A stretch of 64,000 nt of DNA from Paraphysomonas bandaiensis (lineage: Eukaryota > Protista > Chrysophyceae). The stretch lies in NCBI GenBank assembly GCA_965644295.1, contig CBFFRP010000058.1, positions 186,001 through 250,000 of the forward strand, written 5' to 3'. How positions within the stretch are numbered: position 1 is the stretch's first letter; every line of letters begins with the position of its first letter. The notes beneath the pieces are model-generated. The model saw nothing but the letters and a program-made list of their open reading frames with translations, was not told the origin of the DNA and did no database searches. The position numbers and the translations under genes are program-made. Of this stretch, positions 1 through 12,910 are shown piece by piece.

Positions 1-1414
1 ATTCGGGAAATGCCACTGGACACTATGGGGGCAAACCGACGTCCCCTCGTGGTATGCATGGCCAGAAGCAGTACCAGCAACCTATAGGTGGCGCGCCATT
101 CCCGATGTATGGCGTCCCCCCTCCGTATTATGGGGTACCCGGACCCATGTTTTACCCCCCTGTTCCCCTTTCTCCCCAAGTATATGATGAGTCGGTAACC
201 CCTACAGTCCAGATTCCATCACCTCCACAGCGTGAGAATGGGGAGCGCCGAAGAGGAGGATCTGAAGGTCAGTGGTCTAATAAGGATGAGACAGGTAAGG
301 TCTCGCCTAAGGAGCGTTGGGGTAAGAAGAAGACCCCCAAGAATAAGAAAAAAGACAAGAGCACTGGAGATGGGGAATATAAACAGCAATCAGAGGGATT
401 TGATCGTCGCCGCAGGGACGGGGGTAAAGGTAAAGATGAAGGCAATGGCAAGGATACTAAGGGTAGGGGAATAGATAAAAGTGGGCGGGGTAGCAATCGA
501 CCCAATAAAACGTCTACTAAAACAGAACCTCAGTTTAATCTCGAGTCTGACTTTCCCACCCTTGTATGTGGTTATTGTTAAGTATTTACTTTGATGATTG
601 TATTTTCTTGTAGCGAACCTCTGGCACGAGTGGCGGCTCGATGGGCGTGCAGATGTCCGGAGGTTATGTGCAACTTGTGTAGCTCCAAGTGTCTTAACCT
701 GTGTATGTATCTGTCCGTGTAGGCGTCACGTGGGCTGCTGCGATTATGAAAGCACCGGTGCCGGCCTCACATTGTGAGGATTCGGAGGAGGGAGGTGCTG
801 ACCATTTGGATCCTAATGTACCCGTATGTGAGTCACAGGAAGCGGAAGGAAGTGAATACTTGTCTTCGAATGCTGCCGAGTTAGGATGTCACACTACTGA
901 TGAGATGAACCCACCAGCATCAAGCGTGCCTATCATAACCCATAGTCCTGGAAGTCAATCACCACATTCTACTGCGCCCACTGCGTCTATTTCTGGGGCA
1001 GTGAATGATTCTAATCATGTAGTGAAACCGCTTGGCAACGGAGTAACCGGGGGAAACCCTATTACGGAAGGTTGTTGAATGTAAAATATGACGACTTCAA
1101 GCTCATTGCATTTGTAGTGGTTAGTGAAGTCAGTCAGCATAACACTGCCACGCCAACATTTGAACCCGTTACCACCCATTCGGATGCAAGTGTAACTGTT
1201 GATCCTTCTCCAGATGCTTCATCTGCATCTCCTTCGACAGAGAAATGTAATGCTCATATGAGCCCTACTCCTGAATCGTCAGTTGCAAATAATGAGCACT
1301 CAGAGGGAAGGTCATGGGGGGGGAAAATGTCTTTTCTAGATGTAAGTGACATATGCAATAATAGTTTGTCCATGTTATTTTTCTGCATAGGTGGTTCGCA
1401 GAGGCCGGTCGTAG
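1..1414 (+). CDS. 3' part of a multi-exon gene for a low-complexity Pro/Gly/Lys-rich protein, possibly an RNA-binding (La-related-like) C-terminal region; 5' end lies outside the window
   Basis: ORFs 54-581, 701-1078 and 1072-1440 are linked by short GT-AG introns. Motifs FNLESDFPTL, TWAAAIMK and SWGGKMSFLDV; last exon VVRRGRS* ends at 1414. The family call is weak. Confidence 0.55.
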
Positions 1415-2598
1415 ATATTCGGGAAATCAGGGTGTGGTGACAGCTTGAATGCTGAAGTTAACAGATGCATACTATTCATTCTATAAAACGAATATGAATT
1501 GTGTTAGTTTTTGTTCACGTATATGACAATCATGATAGCGTTGTAGCCTTTACATGTCACGGTGAGATTAGGACTGATAGTTGCTGACAAGACTATATTA
1601 TATGGTAGAGTAGTAAACAGCAAAAGTTTTCGTAGCAATGTAGGTATTTTGTAGCTGTTTCTAGCAAAGTCATAATTAATAGTCATAAGATAATTGTGTT
1701 TACTGAATCATGAGAGATACTTGTTGTGAAGTGCACAGTTGCCACTCCCTTTTTGTATAGATGTAATTATTTAGAAAATATACTTGAGTTTTCCTTTTGT
1801 ATTCTTAATACAAAACCAGCAAATTTCTCTACCAACAATCTACAAACGTAGTATACGTACTAAGTAGTAGATTTTCAACATCATGAAGATATATCCAAGT
1901 ACTAAGTACAGGTGCAAGAGTCATGTACATTCAATATTCGAAATATATGCCCATATAAACTTGTAACCTCAGTGTTGCGCAACAGTATACATATTGCTGC
2001 TTGCTACTCATAACTCATAATGTGATATGATGCTGTTTCTGAAAGTTAAGTGACACTTAGGAGCGGATGCATGTATATTTCGACGTCATCGATGATGACT
2101 ACATGATATATGACTATGATGTGTGTGTGTAGCTAAGCAAAAGGTAGTCTTAGGTCTTAGGGGGTTTGGTTATCATGTAAAGTACTATATCTCCATATAT
2201 GGGTGTTGTCCAACAAGTTGCTTCGTATGTGAAGTACCGTTACAATTGACGGGTATTTTACGAATGTGAATTACATATTAATACACTCATCAGCGAAAAT
2301 AGAAGGCATCTCCTATAACTAGTCGGAGGAAGCTACACAACATATTCTATCATCACTTTTGTTACTAATGAAGTAGTCAAGTCAATCATATACTACTTCA
2401 ATCCAACAAAGTCGATGAAAGACCTGGACCACACGTGTAGTATAGTTTCTATCAAAATACTGCGGAGGGAACCAACGTCTCGAGCTTAATATCACTCAAA
2501 ACACAGTACAAACATTGTATCCGAAGCAGCTCTTATCGTCGGATGTACACAACTCTTCAAAATATGCACAGCTCATCCTACAATAACTAAAACGTATA

Positions 2599-3077
2599 CT
2601 ACTTTGCTGTATCAGATCGCATACGCGCTGATCTTCTAGCCGGTGTAGTTGCCTCAGTTGTCGCCTTTTGTTGAGGGGTAGATGTATCTGTTCTATCCGT
2701 ATCTTGTGGGTCAGTAAACTGTCAATATAAACTCCATTAATTCATATTACAAACAATATAATTCATTTTACCTCTGATTCTATAATATCAAGATTTCTCT
2801 TACGATGTGATCGACCACTTCTACGTTCAGGTATATCATTTACAGTATTTGTATTTGGTGATGTATCTATAGTCTCATTATTATCTTCTGTTATAATTGG
2901 AAGAATAGGAGGGGAAGGAAAATCACAATGTGATCCAACTGTATTCATATACTCCTCTTTAATAGCGTATGACAAGACATCTTCTAGATTATTATCAAAC
3001 TCTCCATCACTGATACTTTGTATTTCATTTTCAAGATCAGATATACAGTTATCAAATATTTTTAAAATATCTTGCAT
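2599..3077 (-). CDS. Small acidic/basic hypothetical protein, 2 exons
   Basis: ORF 2763-3077 has a donor near 2771 that splices to an exon reading FTDPQDTDR...RRSARMRSDTAK*, ending at 2599. Confidence 0.55.
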
Positions 3078-3201
3078 TATATAGATATATGAGAGTGATG
3101 TTTATTGTGAGAGTTGCATTCCACTGAACCTCTATTGTAAATATATATATATATAGACTGCGGTCGGCAACCAACACACTTTTCAAATATACAACTATAC
3201 G

Positions 3202-3205
3202 TACA

Positions 3206-3239
<34 letters not shown>

Positions 3240-3400
3240 CATACATATATACATACATACATACATACATACATACATACATACATACATACATACATAC
3301 ATACATACATACATACATGCATACATACATACATACATACATACATACATACATACATACATACATACATACATACATACATACATACATACATACATAC
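3202..3400 (+). repeat. (CATA)n microsatellite in a divergent intergenic region
   Basis: Directly visible tetranucleotide array with a few CATATA/CATG variants. Confidence 0.98.
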
Positions 3401-3811
3401 ATGCATACTGCTGTACATAGCACTGGCCAACGTATTCTAGTATTCCAGTATTCCATATGCATGGTATACTACGAATGCATCATGATACATCCGCTCTAGC
3501 AAGAAGATTCCTCTCTCTCCTCAGTAGATATTTACATGGATAGTATGTATGTCATGAGACCAGAGGTTACTACATATCCATATAGATATCTTCTATTCAC
3601 TTGTAACATATACAAATACATGAAATCTAATTCATAATTTAATATTCTAGTAAACATATAATAAGTAAAGTGTCAGTGTATATCTCATGGGGTCACTGGT
3701 GTTGTAAGAGTGTATTACTGAACACAATGTCATTAATATCACTTATACATTTATATATGCTTCATAATACATACTTCATATACCCTCTTTACTTTGTAAT
3801 ATATTCTCAGT

Positions 3812-4952
3812 ATGACTGATAGTAATGAACATGAATCGTTCATCAATGATGCACCAATATCTCCTGTGTCACCAGTCCGTGCAGTCTATAGTACATCATT
3901 TCATCAACCTATTTCAGATGATAGCAATATATATACATCTTTTAAAGACTCTGCTCGATGTATTTTACCGGAATACATGCAGAAATACTCAGTGAAGAAA
4001 GTTGTTGGGAGGTATACCACGGCCTATAATCTGTACACATGCTCAGGGGAGTTTTTATTGAGTTGTTTGTGCTCAGAATCTGCTGTGGGGTTATTCTTTT
4101 TTTCAACACTTCAGAATGCACATAAGAAGCGATTAGAAGATATTCCGAATATATCAACATCGAATTCGTTCGTTGGATCGATGTGTCAAGGAGGGGATAT
4201 GGGGTATGATTTTATCATACGAGACTCTCAAAACTATGAGCTGGCAATGATACGGTGAGAGAACTATGTATTTAATTCTACATATAATTTGCAAATAGTT
4301 ATTCATCTAGTTGTGTTAATGAGCCTATATCGTTCGATATTATACTTCCAGATGAACTAAGTATAACCTCAAGTCCAGCAACGTCCCCTATTCTCCGACA
4401 TTTATGGACGGATCAACATAGGAAGGCGCTTCTAAACGAAACTGCTCTGCAACAGTCTCAGCGTCTCCTGCTGTCCGCTGCAGACGGCGTTTCTTCTCTT
4501 CTGGGAAACGCGTCGTTCCAGTACCAACAGGTGTGCTCCACCGAGAGTAGTTCTGTAACTTGCATTCGACTAGGGACTAAGGCCCCATCATACAACTCAG
4601 AGTTCAAATCATGGATGCTAAATTTTGGAGGACGGGCTAAGCTCCCTGCTCATGAAAATTTTGTTATTGTAAGCTCCACAGAGGGTGATGAGGATGGATT
4701 GGCTTCTGGAAGACTTGTAATAAATGTTGGGAGGAGTGCAGGCGAGAGAATTGCTATGGTTCACACGAAGGTACGTTCATAGTGTGATGGAGTGCTCATA
4801 TTTATTTATGACGATTGTGAACTATCTGACTGCAGGAGGCTGCGGACAGCTATGCTATTGAGGTACGAGGACCTTTCAGCCTTCAAGTAGCCCTTGGAGT
4901 ATCGTGTGCTGCTTTTGCAGGGAAAGGTCTTGGTTACTTGTGTTCCATATAA
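3812..4952 (+). CDS. Tubby C-terminal domain protein (TULP-like), 3 exons
   Basis: KAPSYNSEFKSWMLNFGGRAKLPAHENFVIV resembles the tubby K-P-W..LNF-GR..S-KNF motif. The last exon ends with a tubby-like YAIEVRGPFSLQVALG segment. Confidence 0.75.
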
Positions 4953-5405
4953 ACGATTATTCAATGAAGTATGAGTATTTTAACATGATTAAAGCAAAAT
5001 GTACATCATGCCGACAAACTTTTGTTGTTGTTTTAGTGTGGATACGCACGATTGCTTGAGTTTTCGTAACGCATTAATTACAATTTACACTATATTGTGA
5101 TTTCTCCAACTAAAAGAAAATTGAAGTAGGCGTTAATATTCCTGTTAAAGAAAAATGTCGTATGAGCTTGACTGTTTCATTATGCCGACACTTTACATAA
5201 GGCTATATGTAATAAACGGTCCCATATGTATATAAAGAATATAGAGAAAAAAATTATTATTAAAGGGTTCATTGCTTAGAACTATAGGGGGTTGGCTAAT
5301 GGGAGTGGTGTATGGGTGCTATTAACTTAACAAATGAATAGTTATCGCAAAACAGTATACGTTATACGTACCTATACAAAATGTGCACATTATTACTTTA
5401 ATACA

Positions 5406-6257
5406 TCATATACTAGTCGAATCATCGTCATCATCATCGATTAGAGAAATAACAATATCATCCCGGTTTCGCCTTCTCATTGAAGGGTACTGTTCTGTAT
5501 CGTCTGAGTTGAATATGTTACTATTGTCGATACCCTCGATATCCGTGGAAGAACGAGAAGACCAATGTTTTTCATAAACCCAAACACCTGGAGCTGGAGT
5601 AGATGACGCCGCTCCATCGCCACTGAAATATCGGCGTCTATTCTTTTGATAGTAGTGCGGTAGGAGGGCAAGCACCACAGAGGATCCAAGCAGCAAGCGC
5701 ACCAAGATAGGGTTCGAAGTGTACATAGAACTGACAATAGAAAAAAGTCTTCCTTCGAAGCATCGATTATACAACATGCGCTCTCCTATAAAATTACCAG
5801 TTACAGCTCCAAACACATAGGATACACCCAAAAGAGGGAGGGTAAAAGGAAACGCGACAGCTGCCATGATTGAACCCATATACATTTTCATTAAAACTGG
5901 AATATCATCATAAGAACTAGATACTGTACTTTCCATAGCAATATGAAGGAATGCCATCGTTGCAGCAGTACACACACCCGCTCGACCTCCCGCAGCACGC
6001 ATAATAGATACCGCATCTGCAGGTCTTGCATACAGTGCATCAACTACAATATGTCTATTAAACACAGTTGCGGCTGCATTATAACCAACTGCACCATATG
6101 CATATATTGAACCTAAACTAGCAATAAATTGATGTGAAATATCATCATAGTTTCTGTTTCTTGTCCCTGCAGTTACTATACTGTGAACTGCAACAATACT
6201 ACATGATGCTACAGCAAAATATTTAGGCGCCCCACGTAGTCCATGAATAACAGACAT
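5406..6257 (-). CDS. Hypothetical multi-pass membrane protein, 283 aa
   Basis: Intronless ATG-initiated ORF with several hydrophobic segments and an acidic tail. Confidence 0.65.
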   Translation of the reverse strand: MSVIHGLRGAPKYFAVASCSIVAVHSIVTAGTRNRNYDDISHQFIASLGSIYAYGAVGYNAAATVFNRHIVVDALYARPADAVSIMRAAGGRAGVCTAATMAFLHIAMESTVSSSYDDIPVLMKMYMGSIMAAVAFPFTLPLLGVSYVFGAVTGNFIGERMLYNRCFEGRLFSIVSSMYTSNPILVRLLLGSSVVLALLPHYYQKNRRRYFSGDGAASSTPAPGVWVYEKHWSSRSSTDIEGIDNSNIFNSDDTEQYPSMRRRNRDDIVISLIDDDDDDSTSI

Positions 6258-6660
6258 GGTTATCTATGAGATTAGTGGGGTGCTGTTGTATATGAAAGAT
6301 GTGATATTGCGCTCCTATAGTATACTCTACACACTAGGAGCATTATAGACTATAGAACAACCACTTCTCTATATACACACCTACAGCAGTAGGAATTCCT
6401 ACCTACATCTACTCTGTACATATCCAGCGTGGGAAAAAGTCGGCCAGGCAAAAAATCCATGTTTTCTAGATGTATACTACTGTTTTCTTATGATCATACA
6501 ACTAAAAAGGGCGATTTCCCTACCCATCCACATACAGTACATCCAGTCTGTTCATGTACAGAGTAGCTCTACATGATACATACATACATCATTCATAACA
6601 CCATCAGAGGAGAGTGACATCTTCACTTTAATCATACTATTGAAATACTTTATCCATAGA

Positions 6661-7707
6661 ATGCCATTCAGTGCAACACCATTTAAATCTAGATATCATC
6701 GTATTCATCACTTAAAGGATAACCATAATAATCATACAATCTCAAGAAGAATTGAACCGATTGTGTATATATTTGGTGAGGTCTTAATATTAATATATGC
6801 CATTACTTCATTAGTAGAACCATTTATCCCAATTAAATGTGATATTAAAGATACTGATGTGAAATATGGTAATCCTGATTATTCATTAAATAATTGTGAT
6901 TTTAAACGAGAAGTGTATTTATTGGGGATGTGTCGTATGGAAGCAATGCTTACACGTCGTATGTTACTTGCTTGTGCTGCGGGTGCGGTTATTGGATGGG
7001 AACGTCGAGCACATGACAGAGCTGGTATACGAACTATGTCTTTGGTCTCAATGGGGGCTTGTCTATTTACCATATCCTCTGCCTTTGGCTTCATGGACGG
7101 ACCTATGAACTGGGATGCATCCAGGGTGGCCGCGGCTATTCCGTCAGGGGTGGGGTTTCTTGGAGCAGGACTTATATGGAAGAGTACATTTGGGTGGGTC
7201 TTTGTGTGACATATAACTATGTTTGTGACAATTCCATATGTTTGTGACAGTGAGGGTGAGAGTACAGTCCACCAAGTTCATGGCCTTACGACTTCTGCGT
7301 CGGTCTGGTTGTCCGCATCTGTAGGTGTGGCTGCTGGAGGGGGGCTCTATTTCATAGTCGCTCTTTCAGTAGTTATGATAGTGATGGTGTTGAAGTACGG
7401 TCCTACCCCATTTCTCCACCCTGAGGAGGATGATGATACCTACAAGAACTCGGTAATAGTTTGTTCATATTCTTTTTTGTATTTAAATAGTATGTACATG
7501 CTCAATTATAGTACTGCGGATTATATATACCCTACTTTCTTGTAATATTGTGTGTGCTTATAGGATAGTAGAAGCAGTAGCTTTGGGGACGATGATGGTG
7601 CCTTCATCGACCATATTGGTGGTGACAGCGAGCCATGTGACTCTCATATAGGGTCATACCAGCGAGATAGACCACATTCCATTCAGCATTCATTGGGAAA
7701 GGAGTGA
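6661..7707 (+). CDS. MgtC/SapB family membrane protein, 3 exons
   Basis: GAVIGWER...AGIRTMSLVSMGACLFT, DASRVAAAIPSGVGFLGAG and VHGLTTSASVWLSASVGVAAGGG are hallmark MgtC motifs. Confidence 0.9.
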
Positions 7708-8596
7708 TAACTAGACACGACGTTTTATCAGGAAGTGGCCACGTAAAGTAGTTACGTATCGTACTTTCTAATGCGTATTAGCAAATATAGAGTGTGTGCA
7801 TTGAGTGTTGATATTTTGTCCTTTGTCGTTATTTTTAATGCATGTCATCTATAGGCATTAATCAATTACTTTCTAATACTCTTAGTTCAGTGTATTGTGG
7901 TAATATGATAAACGATTATATGCCACTACTTTTGCGTATTGCGTATGGAATACCTTTTATCATGTAGTTATTAGTCATTATCCCCATTTTGTCTCAAATA
8001 AAGCTTTCATTGACCTGAATCAGGCCCAACAGAACGCTCATATTAGCACCGGGCAAATATTGAAATTCAATATTCAGCTCAACAGAAACTTACTTCTAGC
8101 ATAATTATAGAGATATTGGCAGTCATATGTACGTGATTGTATTATATTACACAATTACAGAGAAAACACAATTCTGACTCAAACATCAAACTCTCGTAGT
8201 CCTCTTCCATCCTTCGTCTGCTGTAGAAGATATGTAGTTGCTATTGATTTGAAACAGTACTTTAGTTTTTCATTTGTTTTCATTTCATTTATTTCTTCAC
8301 ACAGCAAGCAAGCTATAATAGCTATACATTCTAGATTTTAGGTACTAGGATTTCAACATTATAAGGATAATCTACAATTTAACTGAGAGATAAGAAGTGT
8401 CTTCTCTTGTCTATCTTTTAAAAGTCTGACTTTTCACCCTCGTTTCAAAATTTTGAGAGCGGGACGATATATTCTCCTCATTGCCCATGGTTAAATAAAA
8501 CTATACATCTGTATTTTTAATATATACTCCGAATATGTTCGACGGAGAGCACAGATAATGTCAAAAATAATTTTCACTTCAACTAAATTTTAAATT

Positions 8597-9460
8597 TTAC
8601 AAGTCAAATTCGCGCTCCATCACTGTGGTACTAGACATTTTCCACATGTAGAGAGCACCAACTGTACTATAGGGTGACCAGTGAACACAGCGTTCTTTAA
8701 GTGCGTTCTCACCTCTCTTTCCTCCTTCAAAGGTAGTAAGTGGTAAGTCATAGAGCTTACAGACCCCTCTACGAACAGCTAAATCGCCAGTAGGTAGAAC
8801 ATCAGGACGATTCAAATGAAATATCATGAACATATGGATACTCCAAGCACCGACACCTTTAACTTCGATTAGTTTCTCGAACACTTCATCATTACTGGCG
8901 GAGTGAAAATCAAAATCTTTCAGTTTATTTGTGTCCATAAAGAGTTCGGTTAAACTTTGAATATACTTTGCTTTTTGTCCTGATAGGCCTGATACTTTCC
9001 CATTCACCAACATCTTTCTTTTGCCATCTATCTCTGTCTGACAAAATGTTGCATTGTACACAACAGATGGTGAAATATTATCCTCCACAGACACACCAAG
9101 AGATTCACATAATCTTGAATATATCGCTTTTGCAGCAGATCCAGCTATCTGTTGATAGATAATACTCTGAAGTAAGGCAGTGTATGGTGTCCTCATTTGA
9201 CTATTCGCTTGGATAAGTATATCCGGAACATGAATTTGTTCAATCATACGACAAAGATGTGTATCTACTGTACAAAGATGACGTAAAGCATCTCCCATAT
9301 TCCATCCTTGTAATGATGACATATCATCTGCTTGTTTCAATCTTTCATTTAATAATACTGATATATTATTATCATGTATAGATGTAACGTGTGTTCTCTT
9401 ATGAATAGATCGTGTTATTATAGGTTGAATTATATCAGTTGTAATCTTACGTTTTGACAT
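8597..9460 (-). CDS. HhH-GPD DNA-3-methyladenine glycosylase (AlkA/Mag1-like)
   Basis: LLQSIIYQQI, GLSGQKAKYI, the HhH motif LIEVKGVGAWSIHM, RPDVLPTGDLAVRRG and WSPYST. Likely ATG at 9460. Confidence 0.92.
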   Translation of the reverse strand: MSKRKITTDIIQPIITRSIHKRTHVTSIHDNNISVLLNERLKQADDMSSLQGWNMGDALRHLCTVDTHLCRMIEQIHVPDILIQANSQMRTPYTALLQSIIYQQIAGSAAKAIYSRLCESLGVSVEDNISPSVVYNATFCQTEIDGKRKMLVNGKVSGLSGQKAKYIQSLTELFMDTNKLKDFDFHSASNDEVFEKLIEVKGVGAWSIHMFMIFHLNRPDVLPTGDLAVRRGVCKLYDLPLTTFEGGKRGENALKERCVHWSPYSTVGALYMWKMSSTTVMEREFDL

Positions 9461-9781
9461 TGAGAACTTGGTTTTATTAGATAGTATATTAACAGTAATG
9501 AGATTGGAGTTATTAAGGTTATGTACAAGCAACTTGTCCACTGGGCGGGTATCTATGTATGATATGTAGAGCTATGTATCAACAGCAGTAGAGCGATGCA
9601 GCCATATCTTGATGTTGTGTCTCTCTATGGTGTACGTATACAAGGTGCTGTATATCATAGAAATTGGGTATTTTCACAATAAAACCCAACCTTTCTGTAT
9701 TTGGACATTGTAAATACTCTTAAGGAAACACACACTCACTGATATACTCATTAAACTCAATATATATCACTAACAGAAGAC

Positions 9782-10738
9782 ATGCCCTCTACAAGAGAAC
9801 ATAGTTTATATAATGCCCTTCATACAAGTACATATTGTTCACCAACAATTAAAGAATTTAATGAAGCATATGCATTTGCTAATGCAACTAAAAATTATTT
9901 TGGAATTCATTCAATTGATTATATTATTGATGTTGCAGGTGGACATGGTGCCCTTGCAGCAATATATCTTTTATTAACATCAACAAAAGTTGGTATTGTT
10001 ATTGATCCTAGTGTGTGTAATAGCGGAATTCAAGGTGTACAAGCGGCATGGGGAAATGATTTGAAAGGGAAAGTGCTTCGATATCGTCATGAAGCCTTAG
10101 AAACTGCTTTAGAAGATGAGATACAATCAATTGTAGGGAAAGGAGTAGATCGTAGTAGAATATTAGTCGTTGCATGTCATGCTTGTCAATTTCTGACTGA
10201 TGAAGTGCTGAGTATTTCTGATGGAATGGGAGTACAAGTGTGTGTTATGCCTTGCTGTCAAAAAGACACAACTGGAGGAAGCAATAAGGCTTTTGCTAAG
10301 GATCTAGGAGTAGATATCGGTGTTCTAATAGACATGATGACAGCTGGCAAGATGACCAAATCGTACGACGTGAAATTGAAGCTATTGTCGAAGTCAATTA
10401 CCCCTCAAAATCGCCTTATTATGTGCAAACTTAAAACTCCAAAAGGTGTAGCCGCTAAGGAAGCTCAGTTAGAAAGATCTCGAGTGAAGTTAAACGCTGC
10501 TTATAGGGCTGCACATCGACCGTCATCTGCCTCATTATCGCTTAACTCCGACATGCCTAAGAGTAATGCTTATTTACCGTCACATAATTACAAATATATG
10601 GACGTTGTTTGTTTTACATGTAGAAATTTGATGTCTAATATTTGGGTATTTACGAGAAGGCCGTTTATTTTAGTTGCGCTTGGCTTTGGGTTTGGTGGTG
10701 TAATGCTAGGTTATAGTGCACGGAGTGCTGGGTTATGA
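9782..10738 (+). CDS. SAM-dependent methyltransferase-domain protein (Methyltransf_32-like) with C-terminal TM helix
   Basis: Motif I IIDVAGGHG plus VACHACQFLTD, VMPCC and TPQNRLI. Confidence 0.8.
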   Translation: MPSTREHSLYNALHTSTYCSPTIKEFNEAYAFANATKNYFGIHSIDYIIDVAGGHGALAAIYLLLTSTKVGIVIDPSVCNSGIQGVQAAWGNDLKGKVLRYRHEALETALEDEIQSIVGKGVDRSRILVVACHACQFLTDEVLSISDGMGVQVCVMPCCQKDTTGGSNKAFAKDLGVDIGVLIDMMTAGKMTKSYDVKLKLLSKSITPQNRLIMCKLKTPKGVAAKEAQLERSRVKLNAAYRAAHRPSSASLSLNSDMPKSNAYLPSHNYKYMDVVCFTCRNLMSNIWVFTRRPFILVALGFGFGGVMLGYSARSAGL

Positions 10739-11743
10739 GAGATCCTTGCTGGTGAAAATTTTAATAATTATACCTTATCGTCTATGCGTCACTACGAATT
10801 ATGTACGATAATGCTTACTACTTAATATACTTCGTTTATAATAGACTGAACCTACAATTAGGATTTCACTAAAACTGTCGTTTTGGTTTTAGAACTAAGC
10901 TATAAGTTAATATATATAAGTTAAGTTAATGTTCCCTAGCCCTGATATACGTACAAGTACAAAGTATACTTAGTAGGATGCATGCCGTATATCGTATATA
11001 CTATATAGTAGTCAGAAAGAAGTCCTACCATAAGCAATGGATATAAGAACGACTTGGTTTAGTACCAAAATTGATCACATTGAGTTGGTTATTCCACCAA
11101 CTTTGGTATGAGTAGGTGCTTCAACCAAATTGACTAACACTTCCCTCATACTTAGTAACACTTACTTCTATTCACACACTTACTTAGTAACATAGTAACA
11201 TTTAACCACGAGTTGTATAGATGCTACATTGTCAACATTTCGAAGTTTATTAAAATCGAAAGTTTATAGAAGTTGGGTTAACATTATATGGTTGTCTGCG
11301 CTGGCTGTAGTCAATTGGGTTCCTACTCGGCTATATGGCTATATTATCCCGGTAGCGATATGAGTGTTCTATATATTGAGCATATAAGAGAAGTTAAAAG
11401 CAAAACACATTTCTGAGACATATACAAAGCATATAACACATATATAGTCAGGAAGACAACTATTCAGTTTATTGTAATATACTATCATGAGTGATGTTTT
11501 ACAACATCTACATTAAAGGATTAAAGGTAAGCCCTTTGTATATATTAGACGTAAAAGATTGAGAAAAAAGAACGCTAGAACGGAAAAATCAAGACCATAT
11601 TCTTTTTTCATCCTTACAAGATATACAACACTATAGAATTACATAAATAGATTACTTCTACATCAAGCAAACAAAGTTCACATAAAGATAGTATCAAAAG
11701 TACAACTCCAGCCACCGTAAATGTTGCAGCTATCAGCACTCTA

Positions 11744-12262
11744 TCATCTCCAATCCTGCGCCAAATGGTGCTTATATCGTACTATAGGCGGCTCCCTGTA
11801 TTCACGATGAGGATCACGTTGATATGTGTGTCGCTCATGTGAATAAGGTCGTGGAAGCTTATGCTTCACTCCATCCTCGTCATGATATATTGATGGATAT
11901 ACTCTGCTTATATGTGGTTGTGGATGAGAATGCCTACGTCCGTAATGTCGTTTCTGTTTCGGAAAAGAAGATACCTTTCTCGTTTCCACATTCTCAGAAT
12001 CATCGTTATCCATAGCAACATCTGATGTCGATGCTTTGGAGTGCTTTGGCTCTAAGTGCTCCACAACATATGCTGAGTTCTCTTGAAGTTCATTAATTCC
12101 AACAAAATCACATAGATGTGCTTTAATAACACAAACTACAATCGGAGTTACAATAACAGCAGCTCCTATTAATATAAGTATAAATATTTGATTGCTAAAT
12201 CCAGCAATATCTGTTTTAATAGTAGCTGATCGTAGTAGTTGACCCGCTCTATGTATATTCAT
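11744..12262 (-). CDS. Hypothetical single-pass membrane protein, 172 aa
   Basis: ATG ORF with an N-proximal TM helix and a His/Arg-rich tail. Confidence 0.6.
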   Translation of the reverse strand: MNIHRAGQLLRSATIKTDIAGFSNQIFILILIGAAVIVTPIVVCVIKAHLCDFVGINELQENSAYVVEHLEPKHSKASTSDVAMDNDDSENVETRKVSSFPKQKRHYGRRHSHPQPHISRVYPSIYHDEDGVKHKLPRPYSHERHTYQRDPHREYREPPIVRYKHHLAQDWR

Positions 12263-12910
12263 GATCTGATATTGTTATCTTAATATAATTCGTCACAATA
12301 CTATGGTATCCATATACTTGTTAATAGTAGTAAGAGTTAAGTCATTATGTGAGTATCCATCTATCGCTCTCTCTCTCTATGTATGTATGTATATATATGG
12401 AATGATGTCAGTGTCAAAGAACATACATAAAGAATTGTATATAATTTCGCTGATTTTTTATTTCTACTTCAATCTTCAATTCAACTTTTTTTTCTCAGAC
12501 TGCTACTCCTCCTTTCGCTCCTTTCAGAATTTCCATGTAATTTCTGTGTAAAATTATCCACATGTTTTTTTTTTATATGGGTTTACTAGTATATACAGAC
12601 TTATTTCAAATATTTAGTGGATTTCGTGAAGGCATAGAGTTTCGGTGATGTCCTGAACCTGAAAATGCACAATTCTTCATCCCTTTTTTGGAGAATAAAG
12701 AAGTTCAATTGTCGTACATACAACTCTGTCTTGTGCATATGAAGCATGCTTTAGGGGAATATGTAGGTAGATTACTATACATATATACACATAATTAACA
12801 TGTAATTTATACTAGAAAATGAGATAGAAGGGGATTGTGTGTGAAAAGGGTTACACTGTATCTCATATCATTCCTGTCCTCTGAGAGTGTGCACCTCACA
12901 TCTCGTGGAG

